From: Dickeya dadantii NCPPB 898
Lineage (GTDB): Bacteria; Pseudomonadota; Gammaproteobacteria; Enterobacterales; Enterobacteriaceae
Length of the DNA stretch: 32,000 nucleotides
Assembly: GCF_000406145.1 (NCBI RefSeq)
Contig: NZ_CM001976.1
Coordinates: forward strand, 73,186-105,185
Direction: 5' to 3'
Shown here: positions 17,506 through 25,262 of the stretch, one piece after another
Layout of the letters: every line of letters begins with the position of its first letter
How positions within the stretch are numbered: position 1 is the stretch's first letter
Position numbers and translations under genes: made by a program
Notes under the pieces: generated by a model
The model's database searches: none
Told to the model about the DNA's origin: nothing
Seen by the model: only the letters and a program-made list of their open reading frames with translations

Positions 17506-18510
17506 ATGGCGAAAACAGTTGAACAGATTGCCAGTGCCTTGAAGCTGTCCGTGACCACGGTGCGTCTGGTGCTGAATGGAAAAGCGGAACAGTATCGAAT
17601 CAGCGCCAAAACCCAGCAACGCATCCACCAGTACGTAACCGAGTACGGTTACACCGTCAATCACGTCGCCCGCAGCCTGAAGCTGAACAAAACCGAAACA
17701 TTGGGGCTGATCGTGCCCCGCTTATCCAACCTGTTTTTCTCGACGCTGGCCGAAAAGCTCGAAACCCGCTGCCGCGAGGTGGGCTATCAGTTGATGATCA
17801 GCTGTTCTTACAGCGACCCGCAGTACGAAAACCGGCTGGTGGAGGCGCTGTTGCAGCGCAATGTCGACGGGCTGTTCGTGGTGCCGTCGTCGCTACAGGC
17901 GGCTCAGCACCACGCGAAGGTGGTGAAAAAGCCGCTGGTGCTGCTGGACCGCGACTTCGGCATCGATCAACTGCCGCTGGTAATGAGTGACAACCTGCAG
18001 GGCGGGGCGGCGCTGACCGAAGCGATGCTGGCCGTCCAGCCCGCTGCGCCGTTGTTTTTCATGGCCGGCGACGTGCAGCAGCCGGCGATCCGCGACCGTT
18101 TGCGCGGCTATCACCAGTCGGTGCAGCAGGCCGGGCTGACCCCGGCGGTGCTGGAGGCCAGTCATAACCGTCGCGAGGACGGCATGTTGATGATGGAGCA
18201 GTTTTTGCGCCAGCACGACGCGCCGCCGCCGGCGTTCATCGCGTCGTCACTGCCGGTGCTGGAAGGGATGTTAAGCGTGGTGCGTGAGCGCTATGGCTAT
18301 ATTCCGGCGCACATCAATATCGGCACCTTCGATGAACACGCCATGCTGGGATTTTTGCCGAATACCTTGTGGTCGATGCGCCAGAACGAAGACGCCTGGA
18401 CTGAACAGGCGTTTGCGGCGATGCAGCAGGCGCTGAACGGCGAGGCGCAGCCGCACAAGGCGGTGATCCCCATGACCTTGATCCACCGCCGCCAGGCTGA
18501 ACGTCACTGA
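17506..18510 (+). CDS. LacI/GalR-family transcriptional regulator
   Basis: 334-aa ORF. N-terminal HTH TVEQIASALKLSVTTVRLVLNG...VNHVARSLK and a periplasmic-binding-protein-like sugar-binding core. Confidence 0.9.
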   Translation: MAKTVEQIASALKLSVTTVRLVLNGKAEQYRISAKTQQRIHQYVTEYGYTVNHVARSLKLNKTETLGLIVPRLSNLFFSTLAEKLETRCREVGYQLMISCSYSDPQYENRLVEALLQRNVDGLFVVPSSLQAAQHHAKVVKKPLVLLDRDFGIDQLPLVMSDNLQGGAALTEAMLAVQPAAPLFFMAGDVQQPAIRDRLRGYHQSVQQAGLTPAVLEASHNRREDGMLMMEQFLRQHDAPPPAFIASSLPVLEGMLSVVRERYGYIPAHINIGTFDEHAMLGFLPNTLWSMRQNEDAWTEQAFAAMQQALNGEAQPHKAVIPMTLIHRRQAERH

Positions 18511-18875
18511 CCGGCGTTATTGGCTGAGACGGGTATCATCGTCGGCGGCGGATCGCCTGCCGGTTTGCGGCGTTCGTATTCTTCCAGCCGGTCGCGGGCC
18601 GAAGTATTGTGGTGGTCGCTGTGGGTTCGATAATAGTCATAGGGTAACAGCAGCGTATCCAGCATGGCGGAGAAGGGAACATCCAGCGCTACCATCGGCA
18701 TCATCGCCCAACTGGTGTCCTCGTTTTTTAGCGTGGTCATGCTGGATTTGGTGCCGGAATAGTACCCCTGCTCGCCGCCAGAGTGAGTCATCACACTAGA
18801 GCAGCCACCGCATGTCACCAGTATCCCGCCTGACAACACAAACGACAATGAGGCATTTTTCAGTATGGTCATCAT
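18504..18875 (-). CDS. yidQ: YidQ (DUF1375) lipoprotein
   Basis: Lipobox-like LVTCGGCSSVMTHSGG and LDVPFSAMLDTLLLPYDYY match E. coli YidQ. Adjacent to ibpA as in E. coli. Its 3' end overlaps the LacI gene by 7 bp (convergent). Confidence 0.8.
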   Translation of the reverse strand: MMTILKNASLSFVLSGGILVTCGGCSSVMTHSGGEQGYYSGTKSSMTTLKNEDTSWAMMPMVALDVPFSAMLDTLLLPYDYYRTHSDHHNTSARDRLEEYERRKPAGDPPPTMIPVSANNAGQ

Positions 18876-19036
18876 GTTACCCTGAGAAGCGTTTGCCCGG
18901 TTACGTGGTTGACTGCGCGTACATCGCCCTGCATATGGTTACGACCTTCACATGTTTTAGCAAAATGTGCTTGCTGTCCAGTGTATGTGATTACACCTGA
19001 ACCGGGGAAAGAATAAGAGAATTTTCCTTCACGGTG

Positions 19037-19063
19037 TTGAAAAGCGGAAGTGGGTCACCATAT
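19037..19063 (+). promoter_or_regulatory. sigma32 (heat-shock) promoter of ibpAB
   Basis: TTGAAA (19037-19042), 13 nt, then CACCATAT (19056-19063). Compare the sigma32 consensus CTTGAA-N13-14-CCCCATNT. Confidence 0.55.
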
Positions 19064-19147
19064 TTGATATCAGGCAAGCGGAAATACGCCGACAGGGTAT
19101 TTCTCCCACGCCAGACGCCTGTCCAAATGGAAGGCGGTTATCTTTGA

Positions 19148-19168
19148 CCTCGCTGCATGATTAGGAGG
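19148..19168 (+). promoter_or_regulatory. ROSE-like RNA thermometer hairpin sequestering the ibpA SD
   Basis: CCUC(G)CUG pairs with UAGGAGG (SD at 19163-19168) with a bulged G. UCGCU matches the ROSE U(U/C)GCU signature. E. coli ibpA is known to carry such an element. Confidence 0.5.
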
Positions 19169-19174
19169 CAGTTT

Positions 19175-19588
19175 ATGCGTAACCCCGATTTTTCCCCGTT
19201 GTATCGCTCCGCTATTGGTTTTGATCGTCTGTTTAATCTGCTGGAAGCCGGCCAAAGCCAGGGCAATGGCGGATATCCCCCGTATAACGTTGAGTTGGTT
19301 GACGAAAACCAGTATCGCATTGCGATTGCCGTGGCCGGTTTCGCCGAAAGCGAACTGGAGATCACCGCGCACGACAACATGCTGATTGTCAAAGGATCGC
19401 ACAGCGGCGACGCCACCCCGCGCAATTACCTCTATCAGGGCATTGCCGAGCGCAATTTTGAACGCAAATTCCAGCTGGCGGAACACATTCAGATTAACGG
19501 CGCCAATCTGGAAAACGGTTTGCTGTTCATCGACCTGCAACGCGTGATTCCGGAAACGCTGAAACCGCGCCGTATCGAAATCAAATAA
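19175..19588 (+). CDS. ibpA: small heat shock protein IbpA
   Basis: [24 protein letters not shown]...[31 protein letters not shown], 137 aa, near-identical to E. coli IbpA. AGGAGG SD. Confidence 0.95.
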   Translation: MRNPDFSPLYRSAIGFDRLFNLLEAGQSQGNGGYPPYNVELVDENQYRIAIAVAGFAESELEITAHDNMLIVKGSHSGDATPRNYLYQGIAERNFERKFQLAEHIQINGANLENGLLFIDLQRVIPETLKPRRIEIK

Positions 19589-19712
19589 TCATGACGGCCG
19601 CCGGCGCGCGACGCCGCGGCGATGAGTACACCTACCTCAGAGATCCCTCTGAGTGATGGCATCTATTCGTCCGCCGAATGGGGACGACCCGGCTACCGCC
19701 GGAAACCGTTAT

Positions 19713-19730
19713 CTCGCTTCACAGAAGGAG
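19713..19730 (+). promoter_or_regulatory. ROSE-like hairpin sequestering the ibpB SD
   Basis: CUC(G)CUUC-ACA-GAAGGAG. The same UCGCU and bulged-G arrangement as upstream of ibpA. Confidence 0.45.
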
Positions 19731-19738
19731 TTATCAGT

Positions 19739-20188
19739 ATGCGCAACTACGATTTATCCCCCCTGCTGCGTCAGTGGATTGGCTTCGACAAACTCGCCAG
19801 CGCGATGGGCAGCCAGGAAGCGGTGGAGTTCCCGCCGTACAACATCGAAAAAGTCGATGATAACCATTACCGTATTACGCTGGCGCTGGCTGGGTTCCGC
19901 CAGTCGGAGCTGGATATTGAAGTGGAAGGCCAGCGCCTGACCGTGAAGGGCGCGCCGACGTTGCCGGAGAAAAAGGCGCAGTATCTGCATCAAGGGCTGG
20001 TGTTCAAGCCGTTCTCGCTGAGCTTTACGCTGGCTGAACACCTGCATGTGTCCGACGCGCAGTTCCAGCACGGGCTGCTGCACATTGACCTGATTCGCGA
20101 CGTGCCGCAGGCGCTGCAACCGCAGCGTATCGCCATCGGCCGCCGTGCGCCCGAACTTCAGGAGAAGACGCCGGATGAACAGGCTTAG
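19739..20188 (+). CDS. ibpB: small heat shock protein IbpB
   Basis: [24 protein letters not shown]...[30 protein letters not shown] matches E. coli IbpB. GAAGGAG SD. The ORF-track start at 19622 is rejected. Confidence 0.95.
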   Translation: MRNYDLSPLLRQWIGFDKLASAMGSQEAVEFPPYNIEKVDDNHYRITLALAGFRQSELDIEVEGQRLTVKGAPTLPEKKAQYLHQGLVFKPFSLSFTLAEHLHVSDAQFQHGLLHIDLIRDVPQALQPQRIAIGRRAPELQEKTPDEQA

Positions 20189-20204
20189 CCGGCCATAATC
20201 GACC

Positions 20205-20233
20205 GCCCGCGAGATGCTCGCGGGCATTTTTTT
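20205..20233 (+). terminator. rho-independent terminator of ibpAB
   Basis: GCCCGCGAG-ATG-CTCGCGGGC (9-bp perfect stem) followed by A and T7. Confidence 0.85.
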
Positions 20234-20588
20234 AACATTTTTTCCCGCGTTTCCCAGCCCATCATCCGGCGCTGGTGATTATTTACATTAATTCTTAATG
20301 ACTATTTTTCCATATTTAAAGGGAAAATATCGGAAAATACTTCAGAAGTATTTTATTTCCTGTCTGAATAGAATGAAATAAATCGATAAATAATGAGTGT
20401 TGAACCGGTGTTCATTAATGGATTGTCATTAACATTATCGTTAATCTCATGTTCCATAATTGTTATTTTGTGGCTTTATTTTCTGGTTTATTTATTTTTG
20501 AAATGGCGTTTTTATTTTCAAAAGTAAATTATTAAACCTATTTAGTAATTAAAATAACAGTAGTGGATTCCACTTTTATAATACTATT

Positions 20589-20666
20589 TTTCCCGTTGAT
20601 CACTTCACTTGATTTTGATGGGACGAGAAAAGCACCCTGTTCTTTTCGTTTTCTCGTCTTTTTTTT
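20589..20666 (+). ncRNA. candidate small RNA or leader transcript (orphan promoter plus strong terminator)
   Basis: ATAACA (20554-20559), 17 bp, then consensus TATAAT (20577-20582). Stem GACGAGAAAA (20622-20631) / TTTTCTCGTC (20649-20658) followed by T8 (20659-20666). No CDS ends here. Confidence 0.35.
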
Positions 20667-20862
20667 ACTGATGCTGTACCCGTTGTGTTTGTCAGGCTGT
20701 ATCCCGCCATGAAAGATGGCGATGGCGCGCCGGAAAACTCGCTGTCTGCATTGCCGGACGGCGGAAATAAGGGTGATGAAGAAATAAAACAACTCCTCCA
20801 CTCGTAACGCGGGACGTCCGGTAAAAGCGGCTGATTTCGTTTTAATCTTGAGTGGTGTTGGT

Positions 20863-22275
20863 ATGTCTGCAAATAACAGCAGGTTAGTGAAGCTTCTTAT
20901 TATCCTCGGCATAGCCGTTATATTTTGGTTTGTTCCCGTTCCTGAGGGCGTTAGTCCTGCCGCATGGCACCTGCTGGCAATATTTATTGCTACGGTCATC
21001 GGTCTGATTCTCTCTCCTTACCCCCTTGGCGCCATTGCCATTTTTAGTATCACCGCCGTCGCGGCGCTCGGCTTGCTGCCGGTCAAGGATGTGTTGGTCG
21101 GGTTTGGCGACCCCACCATCTGGATGATTGCCTGCGCCTTTTTCATCTCGCGCAGCTTTATCAAAACCGGTTTCGGCCGCCGCATCGGGTTTTTGTTCAT
21201 CAGCAAACTCGGCAACAGCAGCCTGGGGTTGGCGTATGGTCTGGTGTTCACCGACCTGCTGTTTTCCCCGGCGATGCCGTCAACCTCCGCACGCTGCGGC
21301 GGCATTATCACCCCGCTGTTCCGCTCGATCGCCGAGGCTTACGGTTCAACGCCGGAGCAGGGCACTCAACGCCGCATCGGTTCATTTCTGGTGCAAACCA
21401 TTTTCCAGTGCAACGCCATTACGTCGGCGATGTTTATGACGTCTATGGCCGGTAACCCGCTGATCAGCAAGCTGGCGACCCAATTCGGCGTTCACCTGAC
21501 CTGGACCGAATGGGCGGCGGCGACGCTGGTGCCGGGGCTGCTGTCGTTGATCGTGATCCCGCTGGTGCTCTACCGTTTCTACCCGCCGGAACTGAAGAAA
21601 ACCCCGGAAATGCGCGAGCTGGCCAAGGTTCGCCTGCACGAAATGGGGCCGATGAGCCGCAACGAATGGATTGTGCTGTGCGTGTTCCTGGGGCTGGTAG
21701 TGTTCTGGGTGCTGGGGTCGACGCTGAATATCGACGCTACCCTGACCGCGCTGGGCGGCCTGAGCGTGCTGTTGCTGACCCGCGCATTGAGCTGGGAAGA
21801 CGTAACCGGCGAGAAAGAGGCCTGGCACACCGTGGTGTGGTTCGCGGTGTTGATGATGCTGGCGACCCAGTTGAACAAGATGGGGCTGATCGCCTGGCTG
21901 GGCGGCATCGCCGGTCACGCCGTCGCCGGGATGCACTGGCTGCCGATGGTGGGCCTGCTGCTGCTGGTGTATTACTACAGCCACTATTTTATGGCCAGCG
22001 CGGTGGCGCACATCAGCGCCATGTACGCCATTTTCGTGTCGATCGCCATTGCGGCGGGCGCGCCGCCGGTGCTGACGGTGCTGGCGTTTGCCGCTTTCAG
22101 TAACCTGTTTATGGCGACCACGCACTACTCCGGCGGCCCGGCGCCGATCATGTTCGGCTGCGGCTACCTGTCGCTGGGAACCTGGTGGAAGATCGGCTTC
22201 CTGGTTGGGCTGGTGGTCATTCCCATTTGGCTTGGCATCGGCAGCCTGTGGTGGAAGGTTTTGGGGATGTGGTAA
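20863..22275 (+). CDS. DASS (divalent anion:Na+ symporter / CitT-TtdT-YbhI-like) di/tricarboxylate transporter
   Basis: About 470 aa. PVPEGVSPAAWHLLAIFIATVIGLI, SPAMPSTSARCGGII (SNT-type hairpin motif) and YSGGPAPIMFGCGY resemble E. coli CitT/TtdT. ATG at 20863 is preferred over TTG at 20848. Confidence 0.85.
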   Translation: MSANNSRLVKLLIILGIAVIFWFVPVPEGVSPAAWHLLAIFIATVIGLILSPYPLGAIAIFSITAVAALGLLPVKDVLVGFGDPTIWMIACAFFISRSFIKTGFGRRIGFLFISKLGNSSLGLAYGLVFTDLLFSPAMPSTSARCGGIITPLFRSIAEAYGSTPEQGTQRRIGSFLVQTIFQCNAITSAMFMTSMAGNPLISKLATQFGVHLTWTEWAAATLVPGLLSLIVIPLVLYRFYPPELKKTPEMRELAKVRLHEMGPMSRNEWIVLCVFLGLVVFWVLGSTLNIDATLTALGGLSVLLLTRALSWEDVTGEKEAWHTVVWFAVLMMLATQLNKMGLIAWLGGIAGHAVAGMHWLPMVGLLLLVYYYSHYFMASAVAHISAMYAIFVSIAIAAGAPPVLTVLAFAAFSNLFMATTHYSGGPAPIMFGCGYLSLGTWWKIGFLVGLVVIPIWLGIGSLWWKVLGMW

Positions 22276-22319
22276 TAAATTTTGGGGATGTGGTAATACG
22301 TTTTGGGGATATGGTGATC
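22259..22319 (+). repeat. three tandem 21-bp repeats spanning the DASS stop codon
   Basis: TTTTGGGGATGTGGTAATA at 22259-22277 and 22280-22298. TTTTGGGGATATGGTGATC at 22301-22319. Each copy reads (V/I)LG(M/I)W-stop in the gene frame. Confidence 0.85.
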
Positions 22320-22345
22320 GTCTTTTTGCCTATCTGTTTGATTCG

Positions 22346-22375
22346 CCGCCGCCGGATATGGGCGGCGGTTTTGTT
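22346..22375 (+). terminator. rho-independent terminator of the DASS transporter gene
   Basis: CCGCCGCC-GGATATG-GGCGGCGG followed by TTTTGTT. Confidence 0.75.
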
Positions 22376-22431
22376 CTCTGCGCGTGGAAATGGCGCAGAA
22401 ATGGCGCGAACAGGTTAAGATAGCGGGATCG

Positions 22432-24069
22432 ATGATGCGAATTCCGGAGCGAGAGATGAGTAAGAAAAAGACACCGCTGAAATTAGGCACCTCGATCATT
22501 TTGATGGTGTCGGCGGTGATTGGCTCGGTACTGCTGGTGGTTTACGCGCTGCTGTTTTTCCGTATCACCGAACTGACCGAAACTCACCTCAAGGACAAAG
22601 CCTTCGCCATCGCTCGCACCGTCGCAAATTCGCCGATTGTGGTGGACGACCTGAAAGGTATCGGCGACCCGATGCTGGTACAGCGTTTTTCCGAGGATGT
22701 GAAAAGCCGTAACCACCTGCTGTTTGTGATCGTTACCGATATGGACGGCATCCGTCATTCCCATCCGGAACCGGGGCAGATTGGCCGTCACTTTATCGGC
22801 GATGACCTCTACCCGGCGCTGCTGGGGCTGGAGAATACCGCGGTGAACCGCGGGGTGCTGGACCCGGCGCTGCGGGTGTTCACGCCGGTGTTTGACAAGA
22901 ATAACCAGCAACTCGGGGTGGTGGCGGTGGGGATTTCGCTGTCCAGCGTGCAGTCGGTGATTAACGAAAACCGCTGGATCATCCCCTGGACCATCCTGTT
23001 CGGCGCGCTGGTCGGCCTGCTCGGCACCTATTTTCTGGTGAAAACCCTCAAGCGCATCATGCTGGGGTTCGAACCGTTCGAAATCTCCAATCTGTTCGAA
23101 CAACGCAACGCGATGCTCAAACAAATCAAGGAGGGGGTGATCGCGGTGGATACCGATCTGCGCGTCACCATCATCAACGACGAAGCCAAGCGGTTGTTCA
23201 GTCAGCATGGGTCCGGCGAAACGCTGGCGATCGGCAGCACCATCAGCCGCTGGCCGGCGCTGATGAATCTGGAAAAGGTGTTGGAAACCGGTGCGCCGCG
23301 GCAGGATGAGGAAATCAATTTCAACGGCAACCTGTTGTTGATCAACACCGTGCCGGTAGTGGTGAAGGGCGATATCATCGGCACCATCGCCACCTTCCGC
23401 GATAAAACGGAAGTCAGCCAGTTGTTGCAGCGCCTGACCGGGATGTCGTATTACGCCGACGCCCTGCGCGCCCAGTCACACGAATTCATGAACAAGCTGC
23501 ATGTGATTCTCGGCATGCTGCATTTGAAATATTACCCGCAGCTGGAAGAATATATTTTAAAAACCGCCAATAATTATCAGGCGGAAATCGGCTCGATTAT
23601 CCGAAAAGTAAAATCTCCGGTGATTGCCGGGTTCCTGTTGGGTAAAATCAATCGGGCACGGGATTTGGGCGTGACGTTGTCCATCAGCGAAGACAGTCTG
23701 TTGCCGGATACCGACGACGCCCAGGCCACCAATGAGCTGATCACCGTGCTGGGCAACCTGATCGAAAACGCGATGGATGCCTTGTCCGGTCTGGAAAACC
23801 GCGAAATCAGCGTGACCTTCCATCATCAGGATGGGCAGTTACACTGCACGGTGAGCGACGACGGGCCAGGCATTGCGCCGGATATTCAGCAGCGCATTTA
23901 CCAGGAAGGATTTTCCACCAAAGGCTCCGGGCGCGGCATTGGCCTGTATCTCACCCGGCAGAGTCTGGAAAAAATCGGCGGTACCATCGATTTTGAATCC
24001 GAACCGGACGTTTACACCCAGTTTTTTGTGAATATCCCGTATCAAGCAAGGCAGTTTGACCATGATTAA
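22432..24069 (+). CDS. dcuS: DcuS/CitA-family sensor histidine kinase (C4-dicarboxylate-type periplasmic PASp domain)
   Basis: Colinear with E. coli DcuS: LKLGTSIILMVSAV, VTDMDGIRHSHPE, ALRVFTPV, SHEFMNKLHVILGMLHLK (H-box) and GNLIENA...DDGPGI...GRGIGL (ATPase). Alternative starts at 22384 (GTG), 22435 and 22456. Confidence 0.9.
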   Translation: MMRIPEREMSKKKTPLKLGTSIILMVSAVIGSVLLVVYALLFFRITELTETHLKDKAFAIARTVANSPIVVDDLKGIGDPMLVQRFSEDVKSRNHLLFVIVTDMDGIRHSHPEPGQIGRHFIGDDLYPALLGLENTAVNRGVLDPALRVFTPVFDKNNQQLGVVAVGISLSSVQSVINENRWIIPWTILFGALVGLLGTYFLVKTLKRIMLGFEPFEISNLFEQRNAMLKQIKEGVIAVDTDLRVTIINDEAKRLFSQHGSGETLAIGSTISRWPALMNLEKVLETGAPRQDEEINFNGNLLLINTVPVVVKGDIIGTIATFRDKTEVSQLLQRLTGMSYYADALRAQSHEFMNKLHVILGMLHLKYYPQLEEYILKTANNYQAEIGSIIRKVKSPVIAGFLLGKINRARDLGVTLSISEDSLLPDTDDAQATNELITVLGNLIENAMDALSGLENREISVTFHHQDGQLHCTVSDDGPGIAPDIQQRIYQEGFSTKGSGRGIGLYLTRQSLEKIGGTIDFESEPDVYTQFFVNIPYQARQFDHD

Positions 24070-24086
24070 GGCAGTTTGACCATGAT
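24048..24086 (+). repeat. tandem duplication (19-bp unit, period 20) at the dcuS/dcuR junction
   Basis: AAGGCAGTTTGACCATGAT at 24048-24066 and 24068-24086. Copy 1 supplies the dcuS end and its TAA stop. Copy 2 supplies the dcuR ATG. Confidence 0.9.
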
Positions 24087-24804
24087 AAATGTACTGATCG
24101 TCGATGACGACGCCATGGTGGCGGAGTTGAATAAGTGTTATCTGAATCAGATTTCCGGGTTTAGCTGCTACGCGACGGTGCCGACGCTGCAGCAGGCGCG
24201 AAATCTGCTGATGCAGCCGGACTGCGAGATCGATCTGGTGCTGCTGGATATCTACATGCAGCAGGATAACGGTCTGGATTTGCTGCCTACGATCCGTGAA
24301 TTCAGCGAACACACGGACGTAATTATCATTTCGTCGGCCAGTGATGTGTATACCATCAAAAAAGCGCTGCATTACGGCGTGGTGGATTATCTGATCAAGC
24401 CGTTCCAGTTTGCCCGCTTCGAGCAGGCGCTGACCGCCTATCGGGAAGAAGCCAACCTGCTCAAGCACCGTGAGTTCGTGGCGCAGTCGGACATTGATAA
24501 CCTGATTCGCCGTACCAGCGGCACACCGACGGTAGAGCGCAAGAAACTGCCGAAAGGGCTGACCAGCCTGACGCTGCGCACCGTCTGCGAATGGGTCGAG
24601 GGCAATCAGGGCGCGGAATTCTCCACCGAGATGCTGGCCAATGCCATTGGCATTTCCCGCGTGTCTTGCCGTAAATACCTGATCTATCTGGCTGACACCG
24701 GTATTCTCGATACCAACATTCTCTACGGCTCCACCGGCCGCCCGGTTTATCTCTACCGGCTACTGCCGGAAAAGCAGGACGCGCTGCGTCAGTACTGCGA
24801 ATAA
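24082..24804 (+). CDS. dcuR: DcuR/CitB-family response regulator
   Basis: MINVLIVDDDAMVAELN...LLDIYMQQDNGLDLLP...DYLIKPFQ...ISRVSCRKYLIYL is near-colinear with E. coli DcuR. The ORF-track TTG at 24076 is less likely than the ATG at 24082. Confidence 0.9.
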   Translation: MINVLIVDDDAMVAELNKCYLNQISGFSCYATVPTLQQARNLLMQPDCEIDLVLLDIYMQQDNGLDLLPTIREFSEHTDVIIISSASDVYTIKKALHYGVVDYLIKPFQFARFEQALTAYREEANLLKHREFVAQSDIDNLIRRTSGTPTVERKKLPKGLTSLTLRTVCEWVEGNQGAEFSTEMLANAIGISRVSCRKYLIYLADTGILDTNILYGSTGRPVYLYRLLPEKQDALRQYCE

Positions 24805-24838
24805 CATCAAAACAACGAAGCCACGGATACCGTGGCTT

Positions 24839-25261
24839 GAGGCTGTTGACAAACAGCTATATTGCCTTGTGAATGGTGAAGTTTGTCCGGTCAGTGAATA
24901 ATTTCGTGCGGGATAAACGGTGTAATTCTTTGCTGCTTCATCGCACGCCCGACAAGGAGAGGTTCAAACGCCACCTCTCCTTGACCACTGGCTGGTGGCT
25001 AAACTGCGGCGCTACGCGCTACCTTCGGCGTTCGACTTCGCGGTTCGGGCCGCCCGTGACGTGATTACTCGCCCCATCCCTGGGGCTCGCCCTACGGGCC
25101 AGCGTAAACGCTGTTCAAAAACGCTCCCGGCGTTTTTGTCCAACACGACACGGGCTTTCGCCGCGTATATGCGGCTCACCCGGCGAAGTCGCCCACCTCA
25201 GCGCAGTTTTTGACGCCGGAAAGATGCCTCATCCTGTACTTAATGCGTTTGTCAGCAGTCT
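24839..25261. mobile_element. non-coding MITE-like insertion (423 bp) inside the dcuR terminator
   Basis: Flanked by a 22-bp direct duplication GAAGCCACGGATACCGTGGCTT (24817-24838 and 25262-25283). Imperfect terminal inverted repeats CTGTTGACAAAC (24843-24854) and GTTTGTCAGCAG (25247-25258). Carries a copy of the two-hairpin module found inside the expanded ERICs (25065-25141). No credible ORF. Confidence 0.45.
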
Positions 25262-25262
25262 G

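Noticed and set aside
20709-20807. 32-codon ORF (MKDGDGAPENSLSALPDGGNKGDEEIKQLLHS) between the orphan terminator and the DASS start
   Set aside because: It has no SD and is a hydrophilic low-complexity peptide with nothing to suggest function. It is more likely part of the transporter 5' UTR.
20233-20862. AT-rich spacers (20233-20862 and 26860-27640) examined for att sites, integrase remnants or flanking direct repeats that would define a genomic island
   Set aside because: I could see no integrase, transposase or tRNA, and no matching direct repeats at the two ends. The island interpretation rests only on composition and synteny, so it is reported as a low-confidence inference.
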